The notes under the pieces: model-generated
Databases searched by the model: none
What the model saw: only the letters and a program-made list of their open reading frames with translations
What the model was told of the DNA's origin: nothing
Shown: piece after piece, positions 1-8,127 of the stretch
Position numbering within the stretch: the first letter of the stretch is position 1
Layout of the letters: each line of letters begins with the position of its first letter
Made by a program: the position numbers and the translations under genes
DNA from: an archaeon
GTDB lineage: Archaea; B1Sed10-29; WALL01
DNA length: 35,729 bases
Direction: 5' to 3'
Assembly: GCA_042584585.1 (NCBI GenBank)
Contig: JBHOSQ010000011.1
Location: 1-35,729 of the forward strand

Positions 1-767
1 GGCGTTATGTAGGTGCCGCGCTTTCCGCCTTTGTCGCTCTTTTTGGTGAGGAACAGTGCGCTACCCGCCCCGATGAGCGCGAGGTAGGAAAAGAAGCTGC
101 CGAACTCGACGACGCCGGTGATGAACTGGAGTGTCACGATCATGGGGATTATCCATGACGCGCCGTGGGCGAAGCCCTCGAGAAAGGTTATTTCCTGGAG
201 GCGCTTGTTGGACTTCAGGGATTTGAAGAGGCTTATGTGCATTCGCTTTTCGCCGAGCCCTCTGGCGAGCCAAATGGCCGGCAGCATGGCGAGGAATCCG
301 GCGGCAAAGGCCCAGTTGAACCCGTACTGGCCCGCGATTATTCCCGCGGCGGCGGGCGCGATTATGTTCACGAGGAAGCCCGCGCCCATCACGACGCTGT
401 TGGTGAACGCGCGGTTGCTGTGGGTCGTGCGGTTTTGGACTAGTGAGTTGTATACGACCCAGAAGTCAGTCATAATGACGGAGTATATCAGCGCGATTAG
501 GTAGAGGTGGAAGTGGTGGGAGACTTGGGTGGCTGCGAGGAACGTCAGGGCACGCAGGCCGAGGCCGAACGTGAGGTAGTTTTTGGTCTTCCAGTTCCGC
601 GTGACAGCCATGACGAGGAGCGATGCCGAGAAAAACGTGGCGAAGAAGAGCATGACGTCGAGGTGCGAGTAGCCGAGCGAGACTAGGTATGGGACAAAGA
701 GTGTCCAGCCGAGGCCAACCGCCAAGGTAAACACGGCGTTGAGTGCGACGAGCTTTTTTATCGCCAT
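1..767 (-). CDS. MFS-type membrane transporter (3' end runs off the window)
   Basis: Not in ORF track; manual translation from ATG at 767: MAIKKLVALNAVFTLAVGLGWTLFVPYLVSLGYSHLDV...IIAPAAAGIIAGQYGFNWAF...LFLTKKSDKGGKR; open to window edge, many hydrophobic helices, MFS-like loop motifs; starts 6 nt after the Na/Pi gene stop. Confidence 0.75.
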   Translation of the reverse strand, partial: MAIKKLVALNAVFTLAVGLGWTLFVPYLVSLGYSHLDVMLFFATFFSASLLVMAVTRNWKTKNYLTFGLGLRALTFLAATQVSHHFHLYLIALIYSVIMTDFWVVYNSLVQNRTTHSNRAFTNSVVMGAGFLVNIIAPAAAGIIAGQYGFNWAFAAGFLAMLPAIWLARGLGEKRMHISLFKSLKSNKRLQEITFLEGFAHGASWIIPMIVTLQFITGVVEFGSFFSYLALIGAGSALFLTKKSDKGGKRGTYIT

Positions 768-772
768 TTTGT

Positions 773-2389
773 TCACTTCCCGTTACGCTCCCGCGCTTTG
801 TCGAGTGTTCTGGTCTTTTGGGCGATGTTCTTGGCGTGGTCAGAGACGCGCTCCAGGATGTGGATTACGCCGGGATAGGCCTGGCCCGCGGCGGGCTTGC
901 ACTTGCCGTCACACATGCGCTTCATGTGCGCGGCATGGAGGCGTGACATGAACGAGTCCACGTTTTCCTCGATGCGGACGACTTCGTCGCAGGCGTCGCG
1001 GTCGTAGTTCCCGATGAGGGCGATTGCTTTTTCGAAGCTCTCGAACGAAAGCGAGTGTATTTTTTCCAGGTCTTTCTTTGCATGGGCCGAGAACGACGTG
1101 TCTTCGTCAATCAATTGCTGCGCGACCATGCCGAGATGCATTGCGAGGTCCCCAACGCGCTCGATTTCGTTGGTCATGCGTGAGTACGCGGCGACGCGCT
1201 GGGCATCGTATTCGCTGAGCTCTCCGCGCGAGGCCTTGATGAGTGCTGCGGTGATTTCTTTTTGGAGGTGGTTCACGAGATTCTCTAGCTTTTGGACTTC
1301 ACGGAGCTTTCTTTCGTTGCGCTCGAACATTGAGGAGTACCCTTTGTCGAGCATCTTGCGGACGATTTTGGCTTGGCGGGTGAGCTCTTTTTCAACGAGC
1401 TCAAGGGCAACGAACGGCTCTCCGGCGTGCTCCTTGAGGTGGACCGCGCGGTGCTCTTCTGTCTCGCCGTCGTCTGGCATGATTCGGTTGACTAGGGCGG
1501 CAAAGGGCTTTATGAGCAAGAGCGCGACGACTGCGGTGACCACGTTAAAGATGGTGTGGGCGTTCGCGATTTGTGTGGCCGCGGAGCCGCTGAATGACAC
1601 CACTAGATCGGCAAGTGGGCCCATTAATGGGAAAAAGATTGCTGCTCCGGCGAGCTTGAACATCACGTCGGCGAGTGCCGAGCGCTTTGAGTTCCGGCCC
1701 AGGCGCATGGACGCGAGCACGACGGTGATGGTGGTGCCTATGTTGGCGCCGATTATCAGGGGGATGGCTTGGTTGATGTTCAGGAGGCCTTGCAGGCCCA
1801 GGAGGACTATGAGGCTGGTGGTGACGCTGCTGGACTGGATGACTGCGGTGAAGGCCGTGGCGATGGCCAGGCCATACAGCGGGTTGTCGAGGAGCATGAG
1901 GCTGCTTGCGATGCCGGGGTTGGACTTGATTGGGGCGATGCCCTGGCCCATGAAGTCGAGGCCGAGGAACAGTATTCCGAGGCTGAACAAGGCGTTGCCG
2001 ATGAAGCGATTCCGCCCCTTCGTGAACGTGGAGAGGATGAAGCCAACTATCACGAATATGGGGGCGAGGGCCGTGGCCTTGAGCGCGACGATTTGGGCGG
2101 TTATTGTGGTGCCGACGTTGGCGCCGAACATTATGCCGAGGGACTGCATGAAGCTCAGGAGGCCGGCGTCGACGAGGCTTACTACGATGACGGTGGTGGC
2201 GCTGCTGGACTGGATTACCATGGTGAGAATCATTCCAACGACTGCGCCGCTCCATGGGTTTTTGGCGGCCTTCTGGAGGTATTCGCTGGCCTTGCTCCCC
2301 GCGAACTTTTGGAGGTCGTCGCTAAGCGTAATTATTCCGTACAGGAATAGGGATAGGCCTAGTGCAAAAGGGACGATTGCGTCGAACAC
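773..2389 (-). CDS. Na+/Pi cotransporter family protein with C-terminal PhoU-like domains
   Basis: Duplicated QSSS and GAN(V/I)GTTIT motifs; helical C-terminus with two ERxxD motifs (ERVGD, ERVSD) typical of PhoU repeats; GTG start. Confidence 0.92.
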   Translation of the reverse strand: MFDAIVPFALGLSLFLYGIITLSDDLQKFAGSKASEYLQKAAKNPWSGAVVGMILTMVIQSSSATTVIVVSLVDAGLLSFMQSLGIMFGANVGTTITAQIVALKATALAPIFVIVGFILSTFTKGRNRFIGNALFSLGILFLGLDFMGQGIAPIKSNPGIASSLMLLDNPLYGLAIATAFTAVIQSSSVTTSLIVLLGLQGLLNINQAIPLIIGANIGTTITVVLASMRLGRNSKRSALADVMFKLAGAAIFFPLMGPLADLVVSFSGSAATQIANAHTIFNVVTAVVALLLIKPFAALVNRIMPDDGETEEHRAVHLKEHAGEPFVALELVEKELTRQAKIVRKMLDKGYSSMFERNERKLREVQKLENLVNHLQKEITAALIKASRGELSEYDAQRVAAYSRMTNEIERVGDLAMHLGMVAQQLIDEDTSFSAHAKKDLEKIHSLSFESFEKAIALIGNYDRDACDEVVRIEENVDSFMSRLHAAHMKRMCDGKCKPAAGQAYPGVIHILERVSDHAKNIAQKTRTLDKARERNGK

Positions 2390-2473
2390 CGTTTATGATT
2401 TTGGGGGCAGCATATAAAAATGCCGATGGAACATAAAACCTTTAAAAACCCTGCTTTTCATATCCCTCCCAAG

Positions 2474-4492
2474 GTGGTTAATTTCAGGTATTTGGTGACT
2501 TCTGCATTGCCTTACGTTAACAGTAGGCCGCACCTCGGCCACTTAATCGGCAGTCTGCTGCCCCCGGACATTTACACGCGGTACCTGCGGCTCAAGGGCA
2601 TTGAAACCATTTACATCTGTGGGACTGACGAGCACGGGACTGCAACGGAACTCGCGGCCGAAAAAGCGGGCGTAACGCCCGAGCAGTGGTGCACGGACTA
2701 CCACAAGCTGCACAAAAGCGACTACGAGTGGTTCGACATCGAGTTCACGCATTTCGGGAGGACTTCGAGCCCCTCAAACCACGAGCTCACCCAATACATA
2801 TTCAAGAAGAACTACGACGCGGGAAACGTGTTCGAAAAGGACGTCGAGCAGTTGTACTGCGAGAACTGCAAGCGGTTCCTGTCCGACAGGTACGTCAAGG
2901 GCACATGCCCCACGTGTGGCGAGGAGACGGACGCGGACCAGTGCGACGCCTGTGGAGCCCTGCAGGAGCCAAAGGAGCTGAAGAGCCCCAAGTGTGTCGT
3001 GTGCGGCCATGGCGCGGTGCTACAAACAAGCAAGCACTTGTTCCTTGATTTGCCAAAGTTCGCGCCGCAGCTAAAGGAGTGGCTCGGGACCAAAGGGTTT
3101 TGGGCGCCGAACGTCAAGAACTGGGCATTGTCGCTCGTGGATGACTTAAAGCCACGGTGCATCACCCGCGATTTGAAATGGGGTGTGGACGTGCCGCTCG
3201 AGGGATTCGAGGACAAGGTGTTTTACGTTTGGTTCGACGCGCCGATTGGGTACATAGCGATTACGAAGGATTCTGGGCTTGACTGGCACGACTGGTGGAC
3301 CGCGGACGACGTGCGGCTCGTGCATTTCCTTGGGAAGGACAACATTCCGTTCCACACCATTATTTTCCCGTCGATGCTTTTGGGGACAAAGGAGTTTATC
3401 CTGCCGTACAACGTGGTTGGGGCCGAGTACCTGAACTACGAAGGGAAAAAGTTTTCGAAGAGCAAGGGCGTTGGCGTGACGCTGGAGGACTGTCAATCCT
3501 TGCCGTTCACTGCGTCGCAATGGCGCTACGCGTTGATCCAGATGGCTCCGGAGGCGCATGACTCGGACTTCATGTGGGGGCAGTTCCAGAAGTCGGTCAA
3601 CGAATTGGCGGACGTGGTGGGAAACTTTGTGCACAGGACCGTGATACTGAGCCAGAAGTATTACGAGAGCGTTCCCGAGCACGGCGACTGGTCCGAAAAG
3701 GACAAGGAATTGATAGAAAAAATCAAGGCCGCGCCGGCAGGCGTGTCCGAGAACCTGGAAAAGGCGAACCTGCGCGAGGCATTGAAGCGCGCTGTTGCGC
3801 TCGTCAGAGAAGGCAACGCCTATCTCAACGAGCAGGAGCCGTGGAAGAACGAGGCGAACAGGGCGAACACATTGTACCTGTCGCTGGTCGTGTGCAGGTC
3901 GGCGAGCATTCTTTTGGAGCCGTTCATCCCGAGCGACGCGAAGAAGATTCGTGCATTGCTTGGCGAGAGAGAGTTGAAGTGGGACGATGCCGCCGAGATA
4001 ACGATTAAGGGCCCGTTGGGCGAGTCAAAGCCGCTTTTCCAAAAGCTTGATGGTATTAAGGAATACGAGGAGCGCTTTGGGGGAAAGCCCGGGGCAGGGG
4101 CGTCCGCGCCAAAGGCTGCGGTATCCCCCGGGGCGGCGACGCCCCAAAAGGCAAAGAAAGAGGAAGTGAGTTACGTGAAGTACGAGGATTTCAAGAAGAT
4201 GGACATTAGGATTGCGGAGGTAAAGGCCGTGGAGCGCCTGGAAAAAAGCGACAAGCTGTACAAAATCCGGCTTGACGTGGGCGAGCTCGGCGAGCGGACC
4301 GTGCTGGCGGGGCTTGTTCCTTTTTACAAGGAAGACGAGCTGCTCGGCAAGAAAGTGACTTTCCTTGCGAACCTTGAGCCGAAGGAATTGTTCGGCGTGA
4401 AGAGTGAGGGCATGATTCTGGCCGCGGGCGAGGACGACGCCGCGCTATTGCTCCCCGGCAAGGAAGTGAAGCCGGGCACAAAGATTTTATAG
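2474..4492 (+). CDS. metG: Methionine--tRNA ligase with C-terminal OB-fold tRNA-binding domain
   Basis: TSALPYVN, HLGH, GTDEHG, four CxxC zinc-knuckle pairs, YVWFDAPIGY, KFSKS, C-terminal Trbp111-like domain (SEGMILAA). ORF is open from 2420, but GTG 2474 is favoured (TTTAAAA box near 2441). Confidence 0.97.
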   Translation: MVNFRYLVTSALPYVNSRPHLGHLIGSLLPPDIYTRYLRLKGIETIYICGTDEHGTATELAAEKAGVTPEQWCTDYHKLHKSDYEWFDIEFTHFGRTSSPSNHELTQYIFKKNYDAGNVFEKDVEQLYCENCKRFLSDRYVKGTCPTCGEETDADQCDACGALQEPKELKSPKCVVCGHGAVLQTSKHLFLDLPKFAPQLKEWLGTKGFWAPNVKNWALSLVDDLKPRCITRDLKWGVDVPLEGFEDKVFYVWFDAPIGYIAITKDSGLDWHDWWTADDVRLVHFLGKDNIPFHTIIFPSMLLGTKEFILPYNVVGAEYLNYEGKKFSKSKGVGVTLEDCQSLPFTASQWRYALIQMAPEAHDSDFMWGQFQKSVNELADVVGNFVHRTVILSQKYYESVPEHGDWSEKDKELIEKIKAAPAGVSENLEKANLREALKRAVALVREGNAYLNEQEPWKNEANRANTLYLSLVVCRSASILLEPFIPSDAKKIRALLGERELKWDDAAEITIKGPLGESKPLFQKLDGIKEYEERFGGKPGAGASAPKAAVSPGAATPQKAKKEEVSYVKYEDFKKMDIRIAEVKAVERLEKSDKLYKIRLDVGELGERTVLAGLVPFYKEDELLGKKVTFLANLEPKELFGVKSEGMILAAGEDDAALLLPGKEVKPGTKIL

Positions 4493-4513
4493 GAAGACGC
4501 TGTTTCTTGTTGT

Positions 4514-4600
4514 ATGGGTTGTGGATGCTGTTGCGGTGCGAAGGAACCGGCAAAGAAAAAGCCGGCCAAAAAAAAGCCCGCCAAGAAAAAGAAGAAATAG
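4514..4600 (+). CDS. 28-aa Cys-rich/Lys-rich micro-protein MGCGCCCGAKEPAKKKPAKKKPAKKKKK
   Basis: ATG 4514 to TAG 4600; three PAKKK repeats differ only at synonymous third positions. Confidence 0.65.
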   Translation: MGCGCCCGAKEPAKKKPAKKKPAKKKKK

Positions 4601-5205
4601 TCGCGGCTTGCCGGCTATTGTCCAGGCATTACGGTGGGCTTAAGCCCGCTGTGAAGCTGCGGACTCCGTTTCAAACACTGGTAGCGACCGCGCTTTCCGC
4701 CCGAACCAGGGACGCTAACACGATTAAGGCTGCGGGGCAGCTGTTTGCCAAATACCCAACTGCCAAGGCGCTTTCCAAGGCACCGGTTAGGGATGTGGAA
4801 AAGCTGATTCGGCCGGTTGGGATGTACAAGACCAAGGCAAAAAACATTATCGGGCTGGCGAAGCGCGTTGAGAAAACGGGCGTGCCGAAGACGATCGGGG
4901 GCTTGGTCGAGCTGCCGGGTGTTGGGAGGAAGACTGCGAACTGCACTTTGGTTTATGCGTTCGGAATTCCGGCGATGTGTGTTGACACTCACGTGCACAG
5001 GATTACGAATTTGTTTGGGTGGGTTAAGACAAAGACGCCGGAACAAACCGAAAAAGAGTTGCGGCGAATCGTTCCGAAAAAATATTGGGTTGGCATCAAC
5101 GACTGGCTTGTGAAGCACGGGCAACAAGTTTGCCCGGCGAATCGACCAAAGTGTGAAAAGTGCTTTTTGAACAAGCTGTGCGCACACGGAAAAAAAGCCG
5201 TTTAA
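4525..5205 (+). CDS. nth: Endonuclease III (HhH-GPD DNA glycosylase with 4Fe-4S cluster); start uncertain (4507/4525/4597/4618)
   Basis: PFQTLVATALSART, HhH LPGVGRKTAN, VDTHVHRI, C-x6-C-x2-C-x5-C cluster motif. Confidence 0.93.
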   Translation: MLLRCEGTGKEKAGQKKARQEKEEIVAACRLLSRHYGGLKPAVKLRTPFQTLVATALSARTRDANTIKAAGQLFAKYPTAKALSKAPVRDVEKLIRPVGMYKTKAKNIIGLAKRVEKTGVPKTIGGLVELPGVGRKTANCTLVYAFGIPAMCVDTHVHRITNLFGWVKTKTPEQTEKELRRIVPKKYWVGINDWLVKHGQQVCPANRPKCEKCFLNKLCAHGKKAV

Positions 5206-5300
5206 ACGCAGCCAAACCGCCTATTTAAACATAGTCTTTTATACCTGTTAAGGGATAATATAGAGTACGGGGGAGCTTTTTGAAAAAGGGGACAAATTCC

Positions 5301-5423
5301 ATGGAACAAAAAGAGATTACGGTATGCAAGTCATGCGGTTCGACCACACTTTCTCGGCTCGCTAGTAGGGGAAAAGAATACCTCTTGTGCCAAGAGTGCG
5401 GAAAAGTACACCGAACAAAGTAA
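5301..5423 (+). CDS. 40-aa zinc-ribbon micro-protein MEQKEITVCKSCGSTTLSRLASRGKEYLLCQECGKVHRTK
   Basis: Not in ORF track; ATG 5301 to TAA 5423; two CxxCG motifs; fills an otherwise empty intergenic gap. Confidence 0.7.
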   Translation: MEQKEITVCKSCGSTTLSRLASRGKEYLLCQECGKVHRTK

Positions 5424-5456
5424 AGTTATTTATTTGCCCCGCTCTTTTTGTTTTGT

Positions 5457-5759
5457 ATGAAAGCATTTTTGTCCGTGTTGCTTGTGGCAATGCTTGTCGG
5501 GTGTATCACTCCACCGAGCGCGAGCATCAGCAACCCCGGGTCAGTTGGCGGGGCGGTGGACGAAAAAAAAGTGTGCAAAGTGGACGCTGACTGCGTCGCG
5601 GAGACGTGCTGTCACGCCAGACGCGCCGTCAACGCACCGAACGCGCCGAACTGCACTGACGTTGCCTGCACCATGGACTGTGAGCCGGGGACGGTCGACT
5701 GCGGCCAGGGCTATTTCGCGTGCTCGGAGAGCGAGCAGTGCGTGGTCATTCTTTACTGA
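5457..5759 (+). CDS. Cys-rich putative lipoprotein
   Basis: MKAFLSVLLVAMLVGC lipobox-type signal; C-terminal CxxDxDC..CC..C..C..C..C..C..C domain. Confidence 0.75.
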   Translation: MKAFLSVLLVAMLVGCITPPSASISNPGSVGGAVDEKKVCKVDADCVAETCCHARRAVNAPNAPNCTDVACTMDCEPGTVDCGQGYFACSESEQCVVILY

Positions 5760-6519
5760 GCTTCAGAATAAGGCGCTTCAATAGCTCCGCGGGAACGACA
5801 CAGTGCCCGACCATCGGGTTGTATTCCACGATGTCCGCGGCAATGACCTTTTTCTTGCTTATTTCCTGCCATAGGTCCCGAAACTTCATGCCGCTGGGGA
5901 CAGGGGTGCCAGTCGGCACACCGGTAAGGACGTCCACGTCAACGCTTAGGTAGCATTTTCCTTTCACGGGCTTCAGTTTCTTGGCAAAAGCCCATTCTTC
6001 TTTGCTGCCGGCACGGGCGCCGCGGATTTCCACGTTGCCGATTACTTCCATGACGCGGCGGTTCACGCACGTGTGCGAGTTGGGGTAGCCGTTGAAGTCG
6101 TCCAATAGGTCCAGGTGGGCGTCGTAGCATAGGTAGCCGAACTTTTCGTACTCCGCGAGCGCGGAAACTACGGGTAATGTAATGGAGTGGTCTCCGCCGA
6201 GCGTGATTATCGGTGCTTTTGTCTCGTCGCGAATGCCACGGACTGCTTCGGCGATTGAATCAAAAGTGTCTTCGGGAGAGCCGTGGACCACGTCCACGTC
6301 GCCGGCGTCGAATAGCTTGACGTCGCCGAGGTCGCCGAGGCCTGGCTCGTTGCCTGAGACAAACAAGTCGAAGTCTTCGCGGATTCGCGCTGGGGCAAGG
6401 CGGGTGCCGGGGAGGCCGGTGCAGGTGCCGTCGAACGGCACGCCAAGCAGCACTACTTCGGCTTCGCTTGGCTCGTAAATGTTTTCCCAAATCAATCGGT
6501 TTTTGCGGAGCATGGTCAT
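5746..6519 (-). CDS. speB: Agmatinase/arginase (ureohydrolase) family protein
   Basis: LGVPFD, GGDHS, DAHLD, SVDVDVL, DIVEYNP metal-binding motifs. Confidence 0.88.
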   Translation of the reverse strand: MTMLRKNRLIWENIYEPSEAEVVLLGVPFDGTCTGLPGTRLAPARIREDFDLFVSGNEPGLGDLGDVKLFDAGDVDVVHGSPEDTFDSIAEAVRGIRDETKAPIITLGGDHSITLPVVSALAEYEKFGYLCYDAHLDLLDDFNGYPNSHTCVNRRVMEVIGNVEIRGARAGSKEEWAFAKKLKPVKGKCYLSVDVDVLTGVPTGTPVPSGMKFRDLWQEISKKKVIAADIVEYNPMVGHCVVPAELLKRLILKLSKE

Positions 6520-7061
6520 CTCTCCAGTACAAGGAAAGTCTTTTTCTTTTTGGGGTTTTTAGGGTTGTCGATTGCGATGCTTGTTTTGAAGCCCTCGCGG
6601 GCGAATGCCTTGGCGGCTTTCATGGCGTCTTCTTCTGTCTCGGGATAAAACTGGAACACCGCGTGGGACGAGTACTTCAGCACGCGGGAGACTTCTTTGG
6701 CTGCTTGCTTGTAGTCGGTCACCCATTGTAGTGAGGATATTGAAACAGCGGCGTCAAACTCGCGGTCTTCAAAGGGAATGTTTTCGAACGAGCCGACAGA
6801 ACACAATAGTTTTCTCTCGTGGGCCTTCTTGACCATTTCCTCGTTCGGGTCGATGCCGACGGTGTCGAAGCCTTCGTCGGCCAGTACTTGGGTGGAGTAG
6901 CCGGTACCGCAGCCGATGTCGATGACTCGGCCGGACTCGATTCCCAACAATTCGATTGCCCGCTCGGTGAGGGCTTCCTGCATCCGCTTCATGCCGGGGG
7001 ACTCGTATTCCCCGGGACGGAACTCGAAGCCAGGCTGCTGCTCGGGGCGTGTTTTATCCAT
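6516..7061 (-). CDS. Class I SAM methyltransferase, Bud23/WBSCR22-like
   Basis: RPE, QxxLTERAIELL, DIGCGTG, IPF..FDAAVSISSLQW, AVFQFYPE, GF..IDNP..KKKKTFLVL in the same order as eukaryotic Bud23 motifs. Confidence 0.8.
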   Translation of the reverse strand: MDKTRPEQQPGFEFRPGEYESPGMKRMQEALTERAIELLGIESGRVIDIGCGTGYSTQVLADEGFDTVGIDPNEEMVKKAHERKLLCSVGSFENIPFEDREFDAAVSISSLQWVTDYKQAAKEVSRVLKYSSHAVFQFYPETEEDAMKAAKAFAREGFKTSIAIDNPKNPKKKKTFLVLER

Positions 7062-7108
7062 TGGAGGGTTAAGGACAAAACCCCTTTTTAACCACGGCAG
7101 GCATAATT

Positions 7109-7735
7109 ATGGCAATGCGTGAAAGAATGATGCAGAAAAAACACGAGGCCCCGAAAGTAGAGAGGTTTGTGGTCATTACCCACACTCCTGAAGAAAACAG
7201 TGCCCACGGCAAGGCCAAGACCGAAGAGCTCCTTAGGTTGATTGACGAGCACGCCGATGACGCAGGAACCCACTTCATGGTCAGCTGGCTCGACGACATC
7301 CCCAAAAACCAGGCCATCGTGGACGCACTGAACAAAATCAATGACGGGCGGGTGCACCAGCCGGTCGCGGACAAGGGACTGGAAGAGGACAAGCGCAGGT
7401 CAAACTTCTTTGAGGACGATAACGGCTTGGTCAAGCACGTCACGGGCCTCAACTTTGCGGACGAGATAGACGTGACGAGTTGGGGTGAATTTGGTGACTT
7501 GTGCGCCAACGGGCACGTCACGGGGTTCTTGAAAAAGCTGTCGGGCAAGACAAGGATAAAAAAGATTACTGTTGCCGGCGGCGGGTTCACGAACGGAGAA
7601 GTAGACGACGCTATCTACGGCGGGAAAAAACAGACTCCTGAGACAAAAAGATTGCTGAAGCTTGCCGCAGGATATGCTGTCAACGGCTTCGAGAAGTACA
7701 CCCCCCATGTGGAAGTGAAGTGGCTGAAGGGCTAG
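7109..7735 (+). CDS. Hypothetical protein (208 aa)
   Basis: Long ORF with genome-typical codon usage filling the gap between two minus-strand genes; TTTTTAA box upstream near 7085. Confidence 0.7.
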   Translation: MAMRERMMQKKHEAPKVERFVVITHTPEENSAHGKAKTEELLRLIDEHADDAGTHFMVSWLDDIPKNQAIVDALNKINDGRVHQPVADKGLEEDKRRSNFFEDDNGLVKHVTGLNFADEIDVTSWGEFGDLCANGHVTGFLKKLSGKTRIKKITVAGGGFTNGEVDDAIYGGKKQTPETKRLLKLAAGYAVNGFEKYTPHVEVKWLKG

Positions 7736-7739
7736 CCAG

Positions 7740-8123
7740 TTATTTCTTCGTAATCATCTTTTGGCCCATGATGTCCGTGTACTCGATTTCTGCGCCTGCT
7801 GCTTCGGCGAAGACATCGGGCTTCTTCATCTCGAACGTCTCGTACGTCTCAAGGTCCATGATCTGGATGTTCGCGCCCATGTCCGCGAGGAACTGGCCCT
7901 TGCGGCGGTCCACCATGGGGATTTCGCAGTTTGCGTCCATAGGCTTCAGCAGCTGTTTTTTCGAGCCGTCGAAAACGCCGATTGCCGTCACGCGGGCTTT
8001 GGCGGCGCCGTGCTTGCCTGGCTTAGACGTCTGAATGTCCACTACTTTGCACGGCACGTCATCAATAAGCACGTACTTTCCTTTCTTGAGGTCTTTGACC
8101 ATTCCAATTATTTTTCCACCCAT
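7740..8123 (-). CDS. eif5a: Translation factor aIF-5A
   Basis: TSKPGKHGAAK hypusination loop; QIMDLETYETFE. Confidence 0.96.
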   Translation of the reverse strand: MGGKIIGMVKDLKKGKYVLIDDVPCKVVDIQTSKPGKHGAAKARVTAIGVFDGSKKQLLKPMDANCEIPMVDRRKGQFLADMGANIQIMDLETYETFEMKKPDVFAEAAGAEIEYTDIMGQKMITKK

Positions 8124-8127
8124 GGTA

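Noticed and set aside
1014-2417. Long antisense/alternate-frame ORFs (e.g. 1014-2417, 15670-16614, 30205-31632)
   Set aside because: Shadows of well-supported genes in GC-rich codon usage; no motifs
5301-5423. Zinc-ribbon micro-protein as the Trm112 activator of the Bud23-like enzyme
   Set aside because: Lacks the C-terminal (Y/F)PIxxGIPxLL signature of Trm112
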